From Mesotaenium endlicherianum (taxonomy: Eukaryota), in contig WELA01001161.1 in NCBI GenBank assembly GCA_009602735.1, positions 1 through 64,000 on the forward strand: DNA of 64,000 nucleotides, written 5' to 3'. Numbering within the stretch: the stretch's first letter is position 1; each line of letters begins with the position of its first letter. A model generated the notes under the pieces. That model saw only the letters and a program-made list of their open reading frames with translations, did not search any database and was not told where the DNA came from. A program made the translations under genes and the position numbers. Below, one piece after another: positions 26,488 through 40,878 of the stretch.

Positions 26488-29400
26488 TTACAGGCTGGGA
26501 AGAGCCTGTCCGAGCTTGTTGAGCCCAAACCCAAAGGGAAAGAGCGGCGTCGACTCCTCCAGCTTGTTCGCACTGATGCGGTTCGTCGCCGGATCGGGGA
26601 ACCACGTGAAGGGCAGCCGGCCGACAAAGTCAAACTGGGGCGAGAAGAGCGCGTCCGCGATGCCCTGCCCGGCCTCGGAGCCCGGCAGCCACGCCGCAAC
26701 GAACGCATCCATGCCCGCCACGAGGTGGTCGACCTCCATGACGCGCCCGGAGATGAGCACCACGACGCACGGCATGCGACCGCACACGGCAGTGACGGCC
26801 GCTTGCGAGCGCGCCGAGAGCTGCAGGTTCTGGTTGTCGCCGTAGTACTCTGTGTAGGGCAGCTCGCCCACCACCACGATGCCGTAATCCGCGCTCTCCT
26901 CGCCAGTCGGCTGCTCCACGTACTGCACGTGCGCGCGGCCCGCCGCCGCCCGCTGCACGCCCTGCAAGACCGTGGTCCCGTTGGTGATGTTGCCCACGCC
27001 CCCCTGCCACTTGATTGTCCACCCGCCGCACTGCTTCCCCACGTCGTCCGCGTGGCTACCGGCCACCAGCACGCGCGCCCCGTCGAGCGGGAGCGGGAAC
27101 ATCGAGGAGCCGGCGCCGGCGCTACCTGGCACCGCGCTCTCCGGCCGGCGCTCGTTCTTGAGGAGCACCAGGGTCTCGCGGGCCGCCTTGCGCGCGAGCT
27201 CGCGGTGGGGACCGGAGCCAATCTCGGGGATGAGGCTGCGCTGCGCGCACGCATTCTCGAAGAGGCCCAGCTGCACCTTGAGGCGGAGCACGCGGCGCAC
27301 GGCGTCGTCGATGCGGTCCATGGCCACGTTGCCCTGCAGGACCTCCGAGCGGAGCGCGCCGATGAAGGCCTGGTACGTCGTGGGCACCATGATCATGTCC
27401 AGGCCCGCGTTGATCGCCGTCCGGATCTGGTCGCGTGGCGGCAGAGGGGGGCGCAAGTAGCGGAAGATACGAGAAGCAGAAAGTGAGAGATCGAGAGTTA
27501 GCAAACTTCGCTGGGACTGGCGCCCGCGTGCACACTTTGCAAACACAGACACACACGCACACACGCGCGCGTGCATGTACTTTGGAGGGCCCAGTGCGCC
27601 CTGCACGTCGGCTGTTCAATTCCCCCCCCTCACAGGGTTTGCCAGGGTAGGGGGGAGGGTGGGGGCAAGGGGCGGGGGCGGGGGGCGGGGGAGGGGGACC
27701 GCATCTGAGGATGCCTGCTTTGCATGAGTGTTGCACCCCTGCCAAGTGTTTCCTGACATTCTTGACTGGAGAAGAACAAAAGAGCAAAGAAGAGTGCCGG
27801 TGTCCAGAGTGCGACTGGCAAGCGTAGCATGCCTGTCCTCTGACCGCCCACATCGCACGGCCCTGGCTGCTGCAAGTTGCTCGACGACAGACGTGGCTGC
27901 CCTGCTTGCCTCCTCACCACCCATGGGTTTTTTAACGAACTTGCCCCCGTCAAACCATCCCAATTCCAGTCCCACTCCCACTGGAGTTGAGGCATTGGAA
28001 GCTGCCCCTCCTTCACATCTGCACGCGCCCCCCCTCCCGACTGCGCTCTCCAGCTGCGGTTCCCCCTATGCCCCGCAGCCACGTGGAAGGAATGCTCGGC
28101 AGCACAGAAGCTGAAAACCCTCAATTGACTTTTCTTTGAGTATATGCTGAAAGAAATGCGCTGAAAGAAATGCACAAGAGCAAAAGTTTGCTGCACAGTG
28201 CACACACACGGACACACACACGCACACGCACACACACGCACACGCAACACAAAGAGAGCGAGAGGGACACACACCTGGCAGGCCCAGTTGCAGGGGATCT
28301 GCTGGATGGCGGCCCAGTCCGACACCACCACGCCCTTGAAGCCCAGCTCGCCCTTGAGCACGTCGGTGATGAGGTACCCATTGGCGTGCATCTTGAGCCC
28401 GTTCCAGCTGCTGTAGCTGATCATGGTGGTAAGCACCCCCCGCCGCACGGCGTCTCGGAACGGCGGCAGGTGCACCTCGCGCAGCTCTGCCTCCGAGACG
28501 CGCGTGTCGCCCTCGTCCTTGCCGCCGTATGTGCCGCCGTCGCCCACAAAGTGTTTCGCCGTCGCCGCCACCAGATACTCTCCGGGGACCATGGACGCCG
28601 GGTCGCCCGGGCTCGTCGCCGCCGTCTGCAAGTGCAGTTTTCAGAGACGCGGCGCGGAGGTAGAGAAAACGGACCGGAGGTACTCGTCAGCGCGCGTGTT
28701 GTAAGGGCTCGGAGCAGAGGAGCGGAGTGAAGAAGCGTGTATGCAAGGGGGTCTGGGAAGCATGGGTGCTTTTGTCTGCCGCCCACTGGGGGTCCACGGA
28801 ACGGGCCCCCGAACAGAGAAGCGGGGGGGAGGGGAGGCACTAGTAGTCGGATGCAGGCCGTTTGGGAAGCATGGGTGACTGATTTGAAAAGGTCTTCTTC
28901 TCCATCTTCTATATTTTGTGCTTATGGGCTCCATCCGTCACGAGCGGAAGGAAGGGNGAGCACCAGGGTCTCGCGGGCCGCCTTGCGCGCGAGCTCGCGG
29001 TGGGGACCGGAGCCAATCTCGGGGATGAGGCTGCGCTGCGCGCACGCATTCTCGAAGAGGCCCAGCTGCACCTTGAGGCGGAGCACGCGGCGCACGGCGT
29101 CGTCGATGCGGTCCATGGCCACGTTGCCCTGCAGGACCTCCGAGCGGAGCGCGCCGATGAAGGCCTGGTACGTCGTGGGCACCATGATCATGTCCAGGCC
29201 CGCGTTGATCGCCGTCCGGATCTGGTCGCGTGGCGGCAGAGGGGGGCGCAAGTAGCGGAAGATACGAGAAGCAGAAAGTGAGAGATCGAGAGTTAGCAAA
29301 CTTCGCTGGGACTGGCGCCCGCGTGCACACTTTGCAAACACAGACACACACGCACACACGCGCGCGTGCATGTACTTTGGAGGGCCCAGTGCGCCCTGCA

Positions 29401-32400
29401 CGTCGGCTGTTCAATTCCCCCCCCTCACAGGGTTTGCCAGGGTAGGGGGGAGGGTGGGGGCAAGGGGCGGGGGCGGGGGGCGGGGGAGGGGGACCGCATC
29501 TGAGGATGCCTGCTTTGCATGAGTGTTGCACCCCTGCCAAGTGTTTCCTGACATTCTTGACTGGAGAAGAACAAAAGAGCAAAGAAGAGTGCCGGTGTCC
29601 AGAGTGCGACTGGCAAGCGTAGCATGCCTGTCCTCTGACCGCCCACATCGCACGGCCCTGGCTGCTGCAAGTTGCTCGACGACAGACGTGGCTGCCCTGC
29701 TTGCCTCCTCACCACCCATGGGTTTTTTAACGAACTTGCCCCCGTCAAACCATCCCAATTCCAGTCCCACTCCCACTGGAGTTGAGGCATTGGAAGCTGC
29801 CCCTCCTTCACATCTGCACGCGCCCCCCCTCCCGACTGCGCTCTCCAGCTGCGGTTCCCCCTATGCCCCGCAGCCACGTGGAAGGAATGCTCGGCAGCAC
29901 AGAAGCTGAAAACCCTCAATTGACTTTTCTTTGAGTATATGCTGAAAGAAATGCGCTGAAAGAAATGCACAAGAGCAAAAGTTTGCTGCACAGTGCACAC
30001 ACACGGACACACACACGCACACGCACACACACGCACACGCAACACAAAGAGAGCGAGAGGGACACACACCTGGCAGGCCCAGTTGCAGGGGATCTGCTGG
30101 ATGGCGGCCCAGTCCGACACCACCACGCCCTTGAAGCCCAGCTCGCCCTTGAGCACGTCGGTGATGAGGTACCCATTGGCGTGCATCTTGAGCCCGTTCC
30201 AGCTGCTGTAGCTGATCATGGTGGTAAGCACCCCCCGCCGCACGGCGTCTCGGAACGGCGGCAGGTGCACCTCGCGCAGCTCTGCCTCCGAGACGCGCGT
30301 GTCGCCCTCGTCCTTGCCGCCGTATGTGCCGCCGTCGCCCACAAAGTGTTTCGCCGTCGCCGCCACCAGATACTCTCCGGGGACCATGGACGCCGGGTCG
30401 CCCGGGCTCGTCGCCGCCGTCTGCAAGTGCAGTTTTCAGAGACGCGGCGCGGAGGTAGAGAAAACGGACCGGAGGTACTCGTCAGCGCGCGTGTTGTAAG
30501 GGCTCGGAGCAGAGGAGCGGAGTGAAGAAGCGTGTATGCAAGGGGGTCTGGGAAGCATGGGTGCTTTTGTCTGCCGCCCACTGGGGGTCCACGGAACGGG
30601 CCCCCGAACAGAGAAGCGGGGGGGAGGGGAGGCACTAGTAGTCGGATGCAGGCCGTTTGGGAAGCATGGGTGACTGATTTGAAAAGGTCTTCTTCTCCAT
30701 CTTCTATATTTTGTGCTTATGGGCTCCATCCGTCACGAGCGGAAGGAAGGGNNNNNNNNNNNNNNNNNNNNNNNNNNNNNNNNNNNNNNNNNNNNNNNNN
30801 NNNNNNNNNNNNNNNNNNNNNNNNNNNNNNNNNNNNNNNNNNNNNNNNNNNNNNNNNNNNNNNNNGGGAGGGGGGGAGGGGGGGGGAGGGAGAGGAGCAC
30901 AGGCCACAGCTCCACGAGCAAAGAAGTTCCAAGCCACAAGCCAGTAGCTTTCCCCACACCCCACACCCAGCCAATCAAAGAAGCAGTGCGCTGGCAGGGC
31001 GGGCAGGAGCCAGCGGCGGCTACCTGCCAGCCGTCGATCTCGGAGGTGAGGTTGCGCACGAGGTCAGTCTCCTCGCTGAAGCTCTCGTAGCAGCGCCCCC
31101 ACCTGGGGTCGCGGCACACGGCTATGGTGGGAGCAAACGCCCACCGGATGCCCGTCGCCGCCACCTCCTGCAGCACCAGCACCAGCACCGTCGTAGCACC
31201 CACACGTCGTGTTTCTGTTAGGTGCTGCTGTTGGCTGCTGCTGGAAGCCTTCGTATTTCTGAGGAAGGCATAAGGGGGGACAGACGCTGCCGTTTTTCTG
31301 CTACGTGCACAAAGTTTAGCTGCGGGGTGGTATGCATGAGCAAGCTATCATAACGTAGATAGGTAAGGCAAGAAGACAGGAACTTCAGTCTCCACTTCTT
31401 AAGCTGGGAATGAGAATGCTGCTACTCCTGGGAGATAAGATTCACACACGCGGCAACAAGAATAAAGATAATTTGGAATTATTAATTTGCCGACTCATAT
31501 AAGAATGCTACATTCTGGTGATTGTTTTAAATGGACTACTTCCGTTCGTCTTCCCTCGACGAGCATAAAGCCTCCAAGCAGCTTTGAGTTGTGACAGTCA
31601 AGCTACTGCTATTAACTGAGTGCCACTTGAGACAGCATGCTGTTTCTCAAGTTAGCAGCACCCTTCATCTCGTTCGTGCTTGCACGCGCTACTGTAGTTG
31701 GCCAGATTGCACCTTCTGTTGCATTTTCCCTCAGACACACACGGGCAGACACACGCGCATGCACGGGTACACACTGATACGCCGCATTAAGAAATGATAT
31801 GCATTTGTGTATATACATGTATCTCCATCTATGTACATGATCAAATATCTGGAGTGCGAAAGAGGGAAGAGAGAGGGAGAGGTAGAGGGAGAGGGAGAGA
31901 GAGAGAGGGCGTGGATGCAAGCGGACCTTGGCCGCCGCTGCAGCAATCTTTTTGACCAGCCCCGGGTTGCGAGTGGCCCCCAGACCCACGTGGTGGGGGA
32001 AGATGGTGGCCCCGTCGACGTTGTTGTGGCCGTGCACCGCATCCACGCCGTACAGCATGGGGATGCGCAGCCGCGTCTTGGACGCCTTGGCGGCCATGTT
32101 GTCGACGAGGTCGGCCCACGCCTCGGCGGAGTTGCCCCAGGCCGGTGCGCCCCCCCCGCCGCTGCGCAGAAAGGGAGGAGAACGATAAAGGTGAGAGCAA
32201 TGAGAAGAGGCAAAGAAGCGAAGAAGAGTTGAGCCCGTGGGCAGCATCCACACGGCATTTCACGCAGGACAGCTTGAGTGCCGCTGTAAGGGGGACCGAC
32301 AAAAACAAGAGTGTATGAACTTTGTTTGGAGCACACGGTTGTGGTGCCGGGGGCCAAGGCCATGCCTGCTGGGAGCAGAGCGTAGCAGGAGTGAGTCGTG

Positions 32401-34252
32401 CAGAGGGACCTGTGCGGAGCGTGAGAAACCGCAACTAGCAGGGCTCCTTTGTGCTGGCTTCTCCTGCCCTGTCTTGTCATCGTCTCGTATGTCATGGCAG
32501 CTTCACAGAAGATATATGCCTTGTGGAATATAGAGTGAACTAAATAGTATATACATATTATATATGTACACTACTGTTATATAGTATACATCACACCCAC
32601 GACTCCAGTGTAGAGGCCAAAAGCACCAAGCTGTGTTTGACAGCACTCAGGACTGCCACAAGCTGCTGCTTCCCGATGTTCCCAAAAATGTGCACAACTA
32701 GTCACATACTGTGAATCCTCCTCCTCTGCGGAAACAGCCATGGAGGTCAAGAGTTTGGCGAGACATCAAAACCACGTGACTGAATAAAGATCGCACTTTG
32801 ACGGACATGCACCTACCTGAGAACGGAACCAATGAAGTAGTTGGTGATGTCTTCGCCGCTGCCGACAGCCAGCTGGTCCACCTGTCACCGCGAGGGGGGG
32901 CGCCAGGAAGGAAGAGCTGAGGATGGTGTTCAATTAGAGAGGAGACCAAACTACTTCAAGAGCCCAGCTTCTTCATTTGATGACACGAGCCCAGCTTCAA
33001 CAATGCATGACACAAGCCCCAAGCTCGACACGTCTGACAACAAGTGGGCCCATTTCATCATCAACAACAGCGATTAAACTTTTTTTTTTTTTAAAAAAAG
33101 CGGAACAATTCCGGTCTCCGGTCGCCTCTGAACTCGCTTGCCCCCCAAAAATTACGTGCCATTTGCCCACTTGAAAGTAAAAAGGCTGCTGCATTGCTCC
33201 ATGCTCATCGACTGTACAGCGTCATGAGGGGCACTGCGAGTAAAGGCCGGCTGTTCCAGCTTTGCACTGCACGGGCAGAAGACCCTTGTTCGTTTGCCAA
33301 ATCTTCGTCCTCATTGCCCAGCCCAGCACTGCATTGGCAGCTTTGGCCCCCGAGTACACTTCCTTCCAACACTCCTGCACTGCAAGAAAGCGAGCGCGAT
33401 GGCACGAATTCAGTTTGAGAGTTTCCTTGGAGAGAAACGTCTGCCCCTTACCTGAGTCATCTGGCCTAGCTTCTCGTCCAGAGTCATGTCCTCGACTCGG
33501 GGAACTGCACAACGCACACAGCACGATTCACGAGCTGTTGTCAGCAACACCACAGCGCCGCATCTGTTCCCTGCAGTCCGACGGTGATGATGCATTCACT
33601 AGCTCACACTGCACGGAAGCTGCAGCTGCCAGCTGTCTCAGTTCTGAAGATGGCTTTAGAGGCCCGGCTCCCCTCAATATGATTTGTATGTCGTGGTATT
33701 GACCACTGACTAGCTGGCGGATCAAATTGGCGCCTAGCTGGAATTTCTTAGAGTGTCGAGCAGCCACTTTTGGATAAGGCACAGACACGGGGCCTCAAAT
33801 AGAGCTTTGAGGAGACAATGTTTCTTTGAGTTCCCACTGCTAGTTGTGCAACCCATTCTACTTCGTCTTGAGAGTTACTGGTGCAAGTGAGATCAAGAGA
33901 AAATGCTTGCACATACGACTGAAAGGGGGTCAAAACATTTGAGTGACAAAGTCTTACCAGGGACTTTGGTAGGAATACACTTCTCTGGCTTGTACATCTT
34001 GGTAGCATTCCCAGGCGGTGGGGGCAGCTGTATGGAAAGTCTCAGCAAGATTCTCCTCTCCAGAGATAACAGGCCAGGCCCAAACATGCCTGCACCTGCC
34101 ATGAAAAAAACTATTGCTGAAAGGGCTATCAATAGTATCCACGGCTTCTGTCGCCTCCGCAGCTGGTCATGGCTTTCCCCACTGCTGATATCATGGCGGC
34201 CCTCCTCCGCACAGCAGAGACTGTCGGAACTGCGTAAAGGACTGTACTGCAT
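26488..34252 (-). CDS. GH3 beta-glucosidase / beta-D-glucan exohydrolase with an N-terminal hydrophobic anchor
   Basis: Exons 33452-33504 ([12 protein letters not shown]), 32817-32881 (IGSVLS), 31927-32161 ([12 protein letters not shown]), 31024-31167 ([14 protein letters not shown]), 28275-28625 duplicated at 30070-30420 (AKHFVGDGG, nucleophile motif VSDW), and 26488-27426 ([21 protein letters not shown]). The 5' exon structure is approximate. Confidence 0.92.
27163..30751. repeat. Apparently exact 1794 bp duplication (27163-28956 = 28958-30751) joined by a single N; probable assembly overlap
   Basis: Identical ORF translations at offset 1795; the junction is an N and the second copy ends at an N gap. 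Confidence 0.9.
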
Positions 34253-35460
34253 TTTCTCTTCTTCCGTCTACAGTTTCTTGGAAAGAAATCAAGGCAGTGA
34301 GCGCGTATGTTCAGAACACCTCTGGTTTTGCCGCAAGGCAAAGAAATATTGCTCTCAGCGGGAACTGAGGACTTCGAGAGACGCTCGGCAACAGACCGAG
34401 TACTTGATCAAGTGTCCAGCTTATACGCAGCAGTAGAGAAACGAACTAGAGAGTGCAAGTCAGTCCGAAATTTTTAGATAGATTGTCACCAACAAGTGTC
34501 GTGAGATCAGGCTAGTAAGAACCTCGAGACGTTCTTACTTGCTGCCACTCGAGCCCCAAGCAGTGTGCGCTGCTAGTCTAGCGTTTTGCCTTATTCCAAT
34601 ACGGACATTAAAAGCCAATAGGGACCGCCTCGTCAAGTCGCTACTCGTACCTGGGACGAGATCAAGTTGGATCTAGTCAACAGTTGCGGAATCCCTCGAG
34701 TCGACCGACATTTTAGAAAAAGCTGCGCCGCAGTTTGCCGCAATGGGCCCGAAAGGATGTGTCTGCTTGTGTTCGGTCATAATTTGAGGCAGAATACGAG
34801 GAGTTAATGCATTTTAGTCAAATGTCGTGCATTTCAGAGGCCAATGTATCTTGTTTTCATTCCAGCTTTTTGTAATATACCATTTTGAAGGGCCGACGTC
34901 CAATGCCAGCTCAGAGTTGACGCATACGTACTAAAAAACAGATAAGATAAAGAGAGATACAGTCATTGTTACTGCCAAAAGCAAGCTTAGTGCAGCAGAA
35001 AGCAGCAACATGCGTGTAGTAGTTAATGTGACTGCTTGTGACCTGTGCAGGACCACTTTCTTAAACTTTAAGTGAGACAATTTTCTGCACCCAGCTGCAA
35101 GTCGGCTATTGAACACCTGGGCTTTATTAGTATGCAATAGCATGCTATATAGTGCTATACAATAAACACTAGCGCTGCCAAAAGCTTCAATATTTTGCCT
35201 GATGTCGCTTGTGCTGATTAAGGTGTGTAGCACAAGAGGTCACATAGTTGATGTGGCATTGTGGTTTGCCACGAACAGGACATAGTTGGCATCACCAATT
35301 TGAATGGACGTCACATATTCACAGAGTCGTTTGCCGTCAAAGTCAAGACTGGTCGAGAGACCCTAGATTGCCCTGGACTGACTTAACGCCCTAGACTGCC
35401 CGAGACATGCCCGAGACCACCCGAGACAGCTCGGGACATTCTCAAGTCCCAACATGATCG

Positions 35461-36505
35461 TATCAACTGGTAGTTTGTGGGCTGCATGCGATCGCGCGCG
35501 ACGGCCTGCAACGGGCCGATTTTGCTAGAGCGCGACCGTGCGCGACGTCTGGCGAGCGAGTGCGATCCGAGCGAAAGCCCAATATCCGTGCGAGGACCGG
35601 CGACCTCTCGAGAACGATTTGTGCGAGTACTTGCGGATGGGGGAAGGCATGTACCCTCACGTCACTTGTCGTCAGTCGTGTTCGAGATGATTCGAAACGG
35701 TCGAGACTCTTCGAGTGCGGCGGGCCGGCCCATGCACTATAAATGTGCATCGGATGTCTTCGAAATCGTCATTCGACTTACATTCTTTTTGCGGTTCTGT
35801 TTGCGCAGGCAGTCGCGACTGGCGAGCCATGGCCGCTGGCGGGAGCCTGGAGGGGAGCAGGGGGCGGACGGGACCGAGGTGATTTAGATCGACGAGGTGA
35901 GTTCGTTCGACCCTCGCTCGTGTATTGAAGTTTCCGGAGTTTGTGGCGTCGATGCGTTGCTGTTTGTCATTTAGTGGTGTCGATGCGATGGTGTCGTGTG
36001 TGGTCGTTTGGTCCGGGCCAATTCGTCGCCCCCTCACAAAGTCGAAAATGACCACGCGAGTATCATGCAGCGGTTTGTGGTCTGCGTGCGATCGGTCGCG
36101 GGGCCCTGCAACGGGCCGAATTTGCCTCACCGAGAGCGACGCCTCGCGAGCGCGTGCGAGCCGGACGACAACACATTTTGCGCGCGACTGACGGCGACCT
36201 CGCGCGAACGAATTGTGCGAGCTGAGTGTCGCGCCCGCGCTTGCGCGTGGGATTTCGGGGTCGGATTCTGGGTCGTTTGACATGTTCGAGTGCCTTCGAA
36301 CACGTCAGGCTGGGTCGGGGTCGATGCACGCTCCGAGTGCGCCGGACCGGCGCACCATAAATTCTTGGTGCGGGCGTCGAAATCGTCATTTGGATTCATA
36401 TTTTGTTGTTTTGTGCTGTGCAGCAGCGACCGAGGACTCAAGGAGCCGTGGCCATGGGCACTGGGGGGAGGCGGGGGAGCGGGGGGCGCGCCGGAGCGAG
36501 GTGAG
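35461..36505 (+). repeat. Imperfect GC-rich direct duplication with ~600 bp period, preceded by short CCCGAGAC-type repeats (35380-35440)
   Basis: TATCA...TTTGTGG.CTGC.TGCGATCG...CCTGCAACGGGCCGA at 35461 and 36061, collinear to GAGGTGA at ~35882 and ~36504. Confidence 0.7.
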
Positions 36506-39399
36506 TTGTGTCGGGCCTGCCTGGAGTGTTGCTTCTTGGCCGCGACTTGTCTCGCGTGGTGATATTTCCGAGTCGTGTTGTGGGTCTGTAGCGCCGGTGC
36601 GTGGTTAGTCGTTTGCTCCTTGCCTGCGATCGTTTTGTCCGCGGTCGCTTGCTGGATGGCATGTCGTCGCCTTCCCGCAATGTTCCTTCAATTTTGGAGT
36701 TGTGATGTCGCGACTACTATCCGTTTGACGGTGCCGCACGCGCAGCGCAAGCTACGGCCACCCAGGTACGGAAAGTCAACGTTGACTCACCGACCACTTG
36801 ACTGATTTCGTCGCTGTCAACGGTTATGTCAGCATCAAGACCACTGGCGAGGGGTCAATGTCAATGTGCCCCACACCCAGGAATGGGGGAGGTTTTGACA
36901 GCATAGACAGCCGTGAGACTAGAAGCTGGGGATCAGTGATGAGCCGCCCAGCAGGTACCAAGTCTAGTACTGTGTGACTTGCAGATTAAGCCAGGTCATG
37001 GCCGCAATGCCAAGATAGATTACGGCCGCCCGAGTGGGAATCTTGAGCAAGTGGCATTTGCTTGTACACACCGTGCAGGAGTTCTTAGCCATGAGCCAAT
37101 TAGGCGTGACTGCCAGCTGAGAAGCTAAGCAGCCACGCGCGACAGTCACGAGGTGTGCATGCATGCTGAGTGACTACAAGTTTGAGTTGAGCATGGCTAG
37201 GCAGAAGCGACATGCAGCTAAACTTTGTGACTAAGCACGGCATTCTCGAAGGATGACGCTGTGTGGTGCCTGCAAAAGGCACAAACCTTGCCTGAGACAT
37301 GTCATTCACTCTCACGCACTTTTGCCAAGAAGCAGAGGAAGCAGAAGGAAGGAGAAGAAGGGCGCGAAGAAGAAGAAGAAGTTCCCAAGGCCATTGGAGG
37401 GTCGAGGCCCCACGCTTCTGCCGACGCTGAAGATTCTTCTCAGTGTATCATAGATAAGTTAGGATTGTAGGAGTTCCCAAGAGGGAATCTCACTGTTGAC
37501 AGCAGGAGGACTGCAGAGTAGAATCTGCTAGGAGACTAGCACAGATTCGGCCGAACGCTACAAGTGTGTGTGAAGCAGCCTTAAAATGGTGAGTTGTGTG
37601 TTAGTTTTCAGGTTCTCAGAAGTCGCATTCGTATCTCAAAGAGAGAGAGAGTAGTATTGACAGATAAAGCTCTCAGTGAAGAACTAAGTGAGCCTAGCCT
37701 GGTAGTGAAGAGCTGCTAAGGCGCGGTGTTAAGTGAAGAGCTTGACCCAGGCCAGCATAGACGTGTAGTTTCAGAGTTTTGTAAGCTGTGACTTGCGAAA
37801 GTTAAGCGAAAGCCTAAAGGGCGATTTTCTCTGAACCTGACGTTGTATGTCAAGCTGCTTAAAGTGTGATTTCTGCAAACTACAATTTGCTCGCCTGTGA
37901 ATCTAAGAACTTTAAGGCATAAAGCCTATGTGGAAGTAAGTGACTTCCGTCCTACTTTTGAGAACCTGGTTCTGTGGTTCAGGTGAATAGAAATTCCCAA
38001 GCAAATTGGGGATTGAGGCCTGTGAGGGCCGCCGGTGCTCAACTTGGAAGGGGACCCAGAGAAATTCAACTGTACATGCGGTTGAGGAGTGGAAGACTTT
38101 ATTATCCTGTGGAGCCTGCGGAAGGTTCTGATTCAAGCCAGAGTCCACGAGGAAGTGAGACATCTGAGCGCACGGATAACCTGTGAAGTGAGCAACCGTC
38201 GGGAGACGAGTCTCGCCATACTGCCACGAACGGTGAGAATCCGTATTACGAGCGAGTCTTTGTACCTAATTTAGGCAGAGAGCACGACGTGTCGGGTAAA
38301 GATAGTGAGTCTTGGTCACCATTCGAAATGACTGGTGATGATAAGGATGAAAATCATAAGTTCAAGCTGTCTACAAAGTGTTTTAGTGGACGAACCGGTG
38401 TAAATAGTCTCACTTTTGAAGAGTTTGATGAGATCTATTGGGCTGATTTCTTTGAGAAAATCCGAAAGGATTCTTCTTATACTCAGTCAGTCGCTTTTAT
38501 AAGCTTGGTTCAGTACTTGGACAAGGATTCCTTGTTGCTTTATCGCCAATTTCGGAAGGATGAGAACCTTACCCAGGAATGGGCGTTTGACGAGCAAAAG
38601 AAGGCGAGGGATTTAAAAATCCAGAAAGAGGCTGCGAAAGCCAGCCTGTCCGCTTTGTCATCAGGAAGAGCGATACCTGCTGCATCTGTTGAGAGCGTAG
38701 ACTTAGCTGCACTAACACAAGAATTAACAGATGCCATGAAGCAACTCACCGAGGGTCAGCAGCAAGCGGCTACTCGAGATGATGATGCTGGGTCTGTCGC
38801 AGAATTACGTAAAGTGTGTGCAAAATTATCTGAAAAAATTGCTAATGCTCAAGAACGAGTAACGCGCAGGGTTGCACCTTTTACAGGGCAGCATGGTGAT
38901 AGTGCCACCACAGAAACAAGCCATGCGCAAGCGTTGGCTAGTTGCCGTAGGGATATGGAGGCTGGGGATGACCAGTTAGACTCTCAGCACTGTCTGCGGC
39001 GTTTCTTTAAGTTGCTGGAAGCAAAATTTCCAGAGGATCGCAGTCTTAAGGTGCATCGTTATGTGCATTTTGTCCGTCAGAAGAACGAGACAGTGATGGA
39101 GGTCAAATCCAGATTGGTAGACCTTGCCAAGAAGGCAGGAATCTATGAGCCTAGGATTGTGGCTGACAAATTCTTATTGTGTCTGGGTAAAGACACAGAT
39201 CGGGAGGTCAGGCCGCACCTATCTGCAAAACGCGGAATCGACTCGAACATCGACGAGGCTGCTGAAATAGCACGCAATGTCGAGGAAGGTAAAGTCTGGT
39301 ACAAGGAGGCGTCCAGGACGCTTATGGCTCCTGAGAGAAGGGAGGAATGCTTTCAGCCTAAGGCCAATAGCTCTAATTTTCAGTTTAAAAGAAAGAGCG

Positions 39400-40118
39400 T
39401 GAAATGAATCGACTTACCAAATAGGCGATTAACAATTAATAAAGATCTTTATATCAGCAAGTAATCTTTATGGTATTTCCGTTAACTCGTTAAACGGCAA
39501 AGGACAATACACTAGCAGGGAATACTACTCGTCAGTCAAATGAGAGTAAATTAGCATCAATAATGCAAATCAGTAAACTCATACATAAGCAAGGTTAGAA
39601 GACAGTGCGTATCAATGGCTTCTCGCCTTGGATTCAGATCTCTCTCAGTAAGCTGTACAAGAGAGTTGGCCTCGTTTCCGAATGCCGAACTCGAGAGCAA
39701 TGCCTAGCATATGTACATGGAATGAGTTTACTGTTCAACGGTCAGTGCGATGGCACCGCCTACCCGGGAGTTAACCACGTTGGTAGGACCTCGGTTAACC
39801 AAATCCACCGCCATCTCCCATCATCCCGAATAGCCATCCATCATAGGGATGTCATCTGGCCATTCATCTAGCATATCACACTTAGATGCATATCGAGGCA
39901 GTTCGCTGCTACCGAGTACGGAAGTCAGCTGGCTGTCAAAGAATGTGTCAGCAAGCTGACTTAAGTTGACTTCAGCCTGCTGCTTTCCACTGAGTCAGTT
40001 AACTGATAATTATGTAAAGTCCAGCAGACTGACTATTAACTAAAGGTCAGCAGGCTGAACTTAATTAACTATTATATTTAAATGAATATTATATCTACTA
40101 ATATACTGATTCATTACA
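39400..40118 (-). mobile_element. Solo LTR of family A with 5 bp TSD GAGCG
   Basis: GAGCG at 39395-39399 and 40119-40123; TG...CA termini; interrupts the family C gag. Confidence 0.95.
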
Positions 40119-40878
40119 GAGCGGGTCTTTCAATAGGTTTGCTAAGCACGCCGACACTGCTGAGACAGCAGAGGGCTGTTGGAATTGCGGGAAATCAGGA
40201 CATCAGAAGAGAGATTGTCCGTACCCGGATGCTTAGCAATTGTCTGCTAGCAATACGCAGGTATGCGCACATTGCAGCAAAATGGAACACTCAGAAGATG
40301 AGTGTTGGTCTAAGAACCCAAATCTGAAGCCACCATGGGTGTAGTGAAACAGATAGATAAAGTACTTAGTGAAATAGAATATTTTATCTATTCAAGACAA
40401 GGATCTTTGAACACAAGTGGTAGCTTCTTGAAAGAGAGATGGCTTCTTGAAAGTTAATATATTTTTGGATTTTGGCAAGTACAAGAGTGATCCTGGAATG
40501 TCTTTCTATGTTCTAGCTCTTGTTATATACTTGTTACATACGTAATCTCTAAGAAAGTGTATGTTGATGTGTTGGCACCCAACACATCCCAAAACTTGCC
40601 ACCTCTTTCTAGAATAACGTACACATGTCCTTTTGACCTAAAAATGGCACATTTGACTTTTGCCACATGGAGTTCTTCTAGGTCTTTCCTCTAACTTCGA
40701 AAATGCCTTGGAAGGTTCAAAGGACATGAACCAAGTTACTAGAGTACCTATTCACACTTGACTCCACACAATACTACTCCAAATATATTTGAAAACATTA
40801 AAATATATGCAAACTAATATATAATAACTCAAATCACTACATCACCCCCCCGATAGAAAAAGCGACGTCTCGGCGCGT

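Noticed and set aside
27163..30751. Apparent exon duplication or second GH3 gene
   Set aside because: The copies appear identical including introns, are joined by a single N and end at an N gap, so an unmerged contig overlap is most likely.
14799..33800. Numerous overlapping ORFs in the six-frame track
   Set aside because: They are shadow frames of GC-rich exons, introns, CA/GA microsatellites and N gaps of the MFS and GH3 genes.
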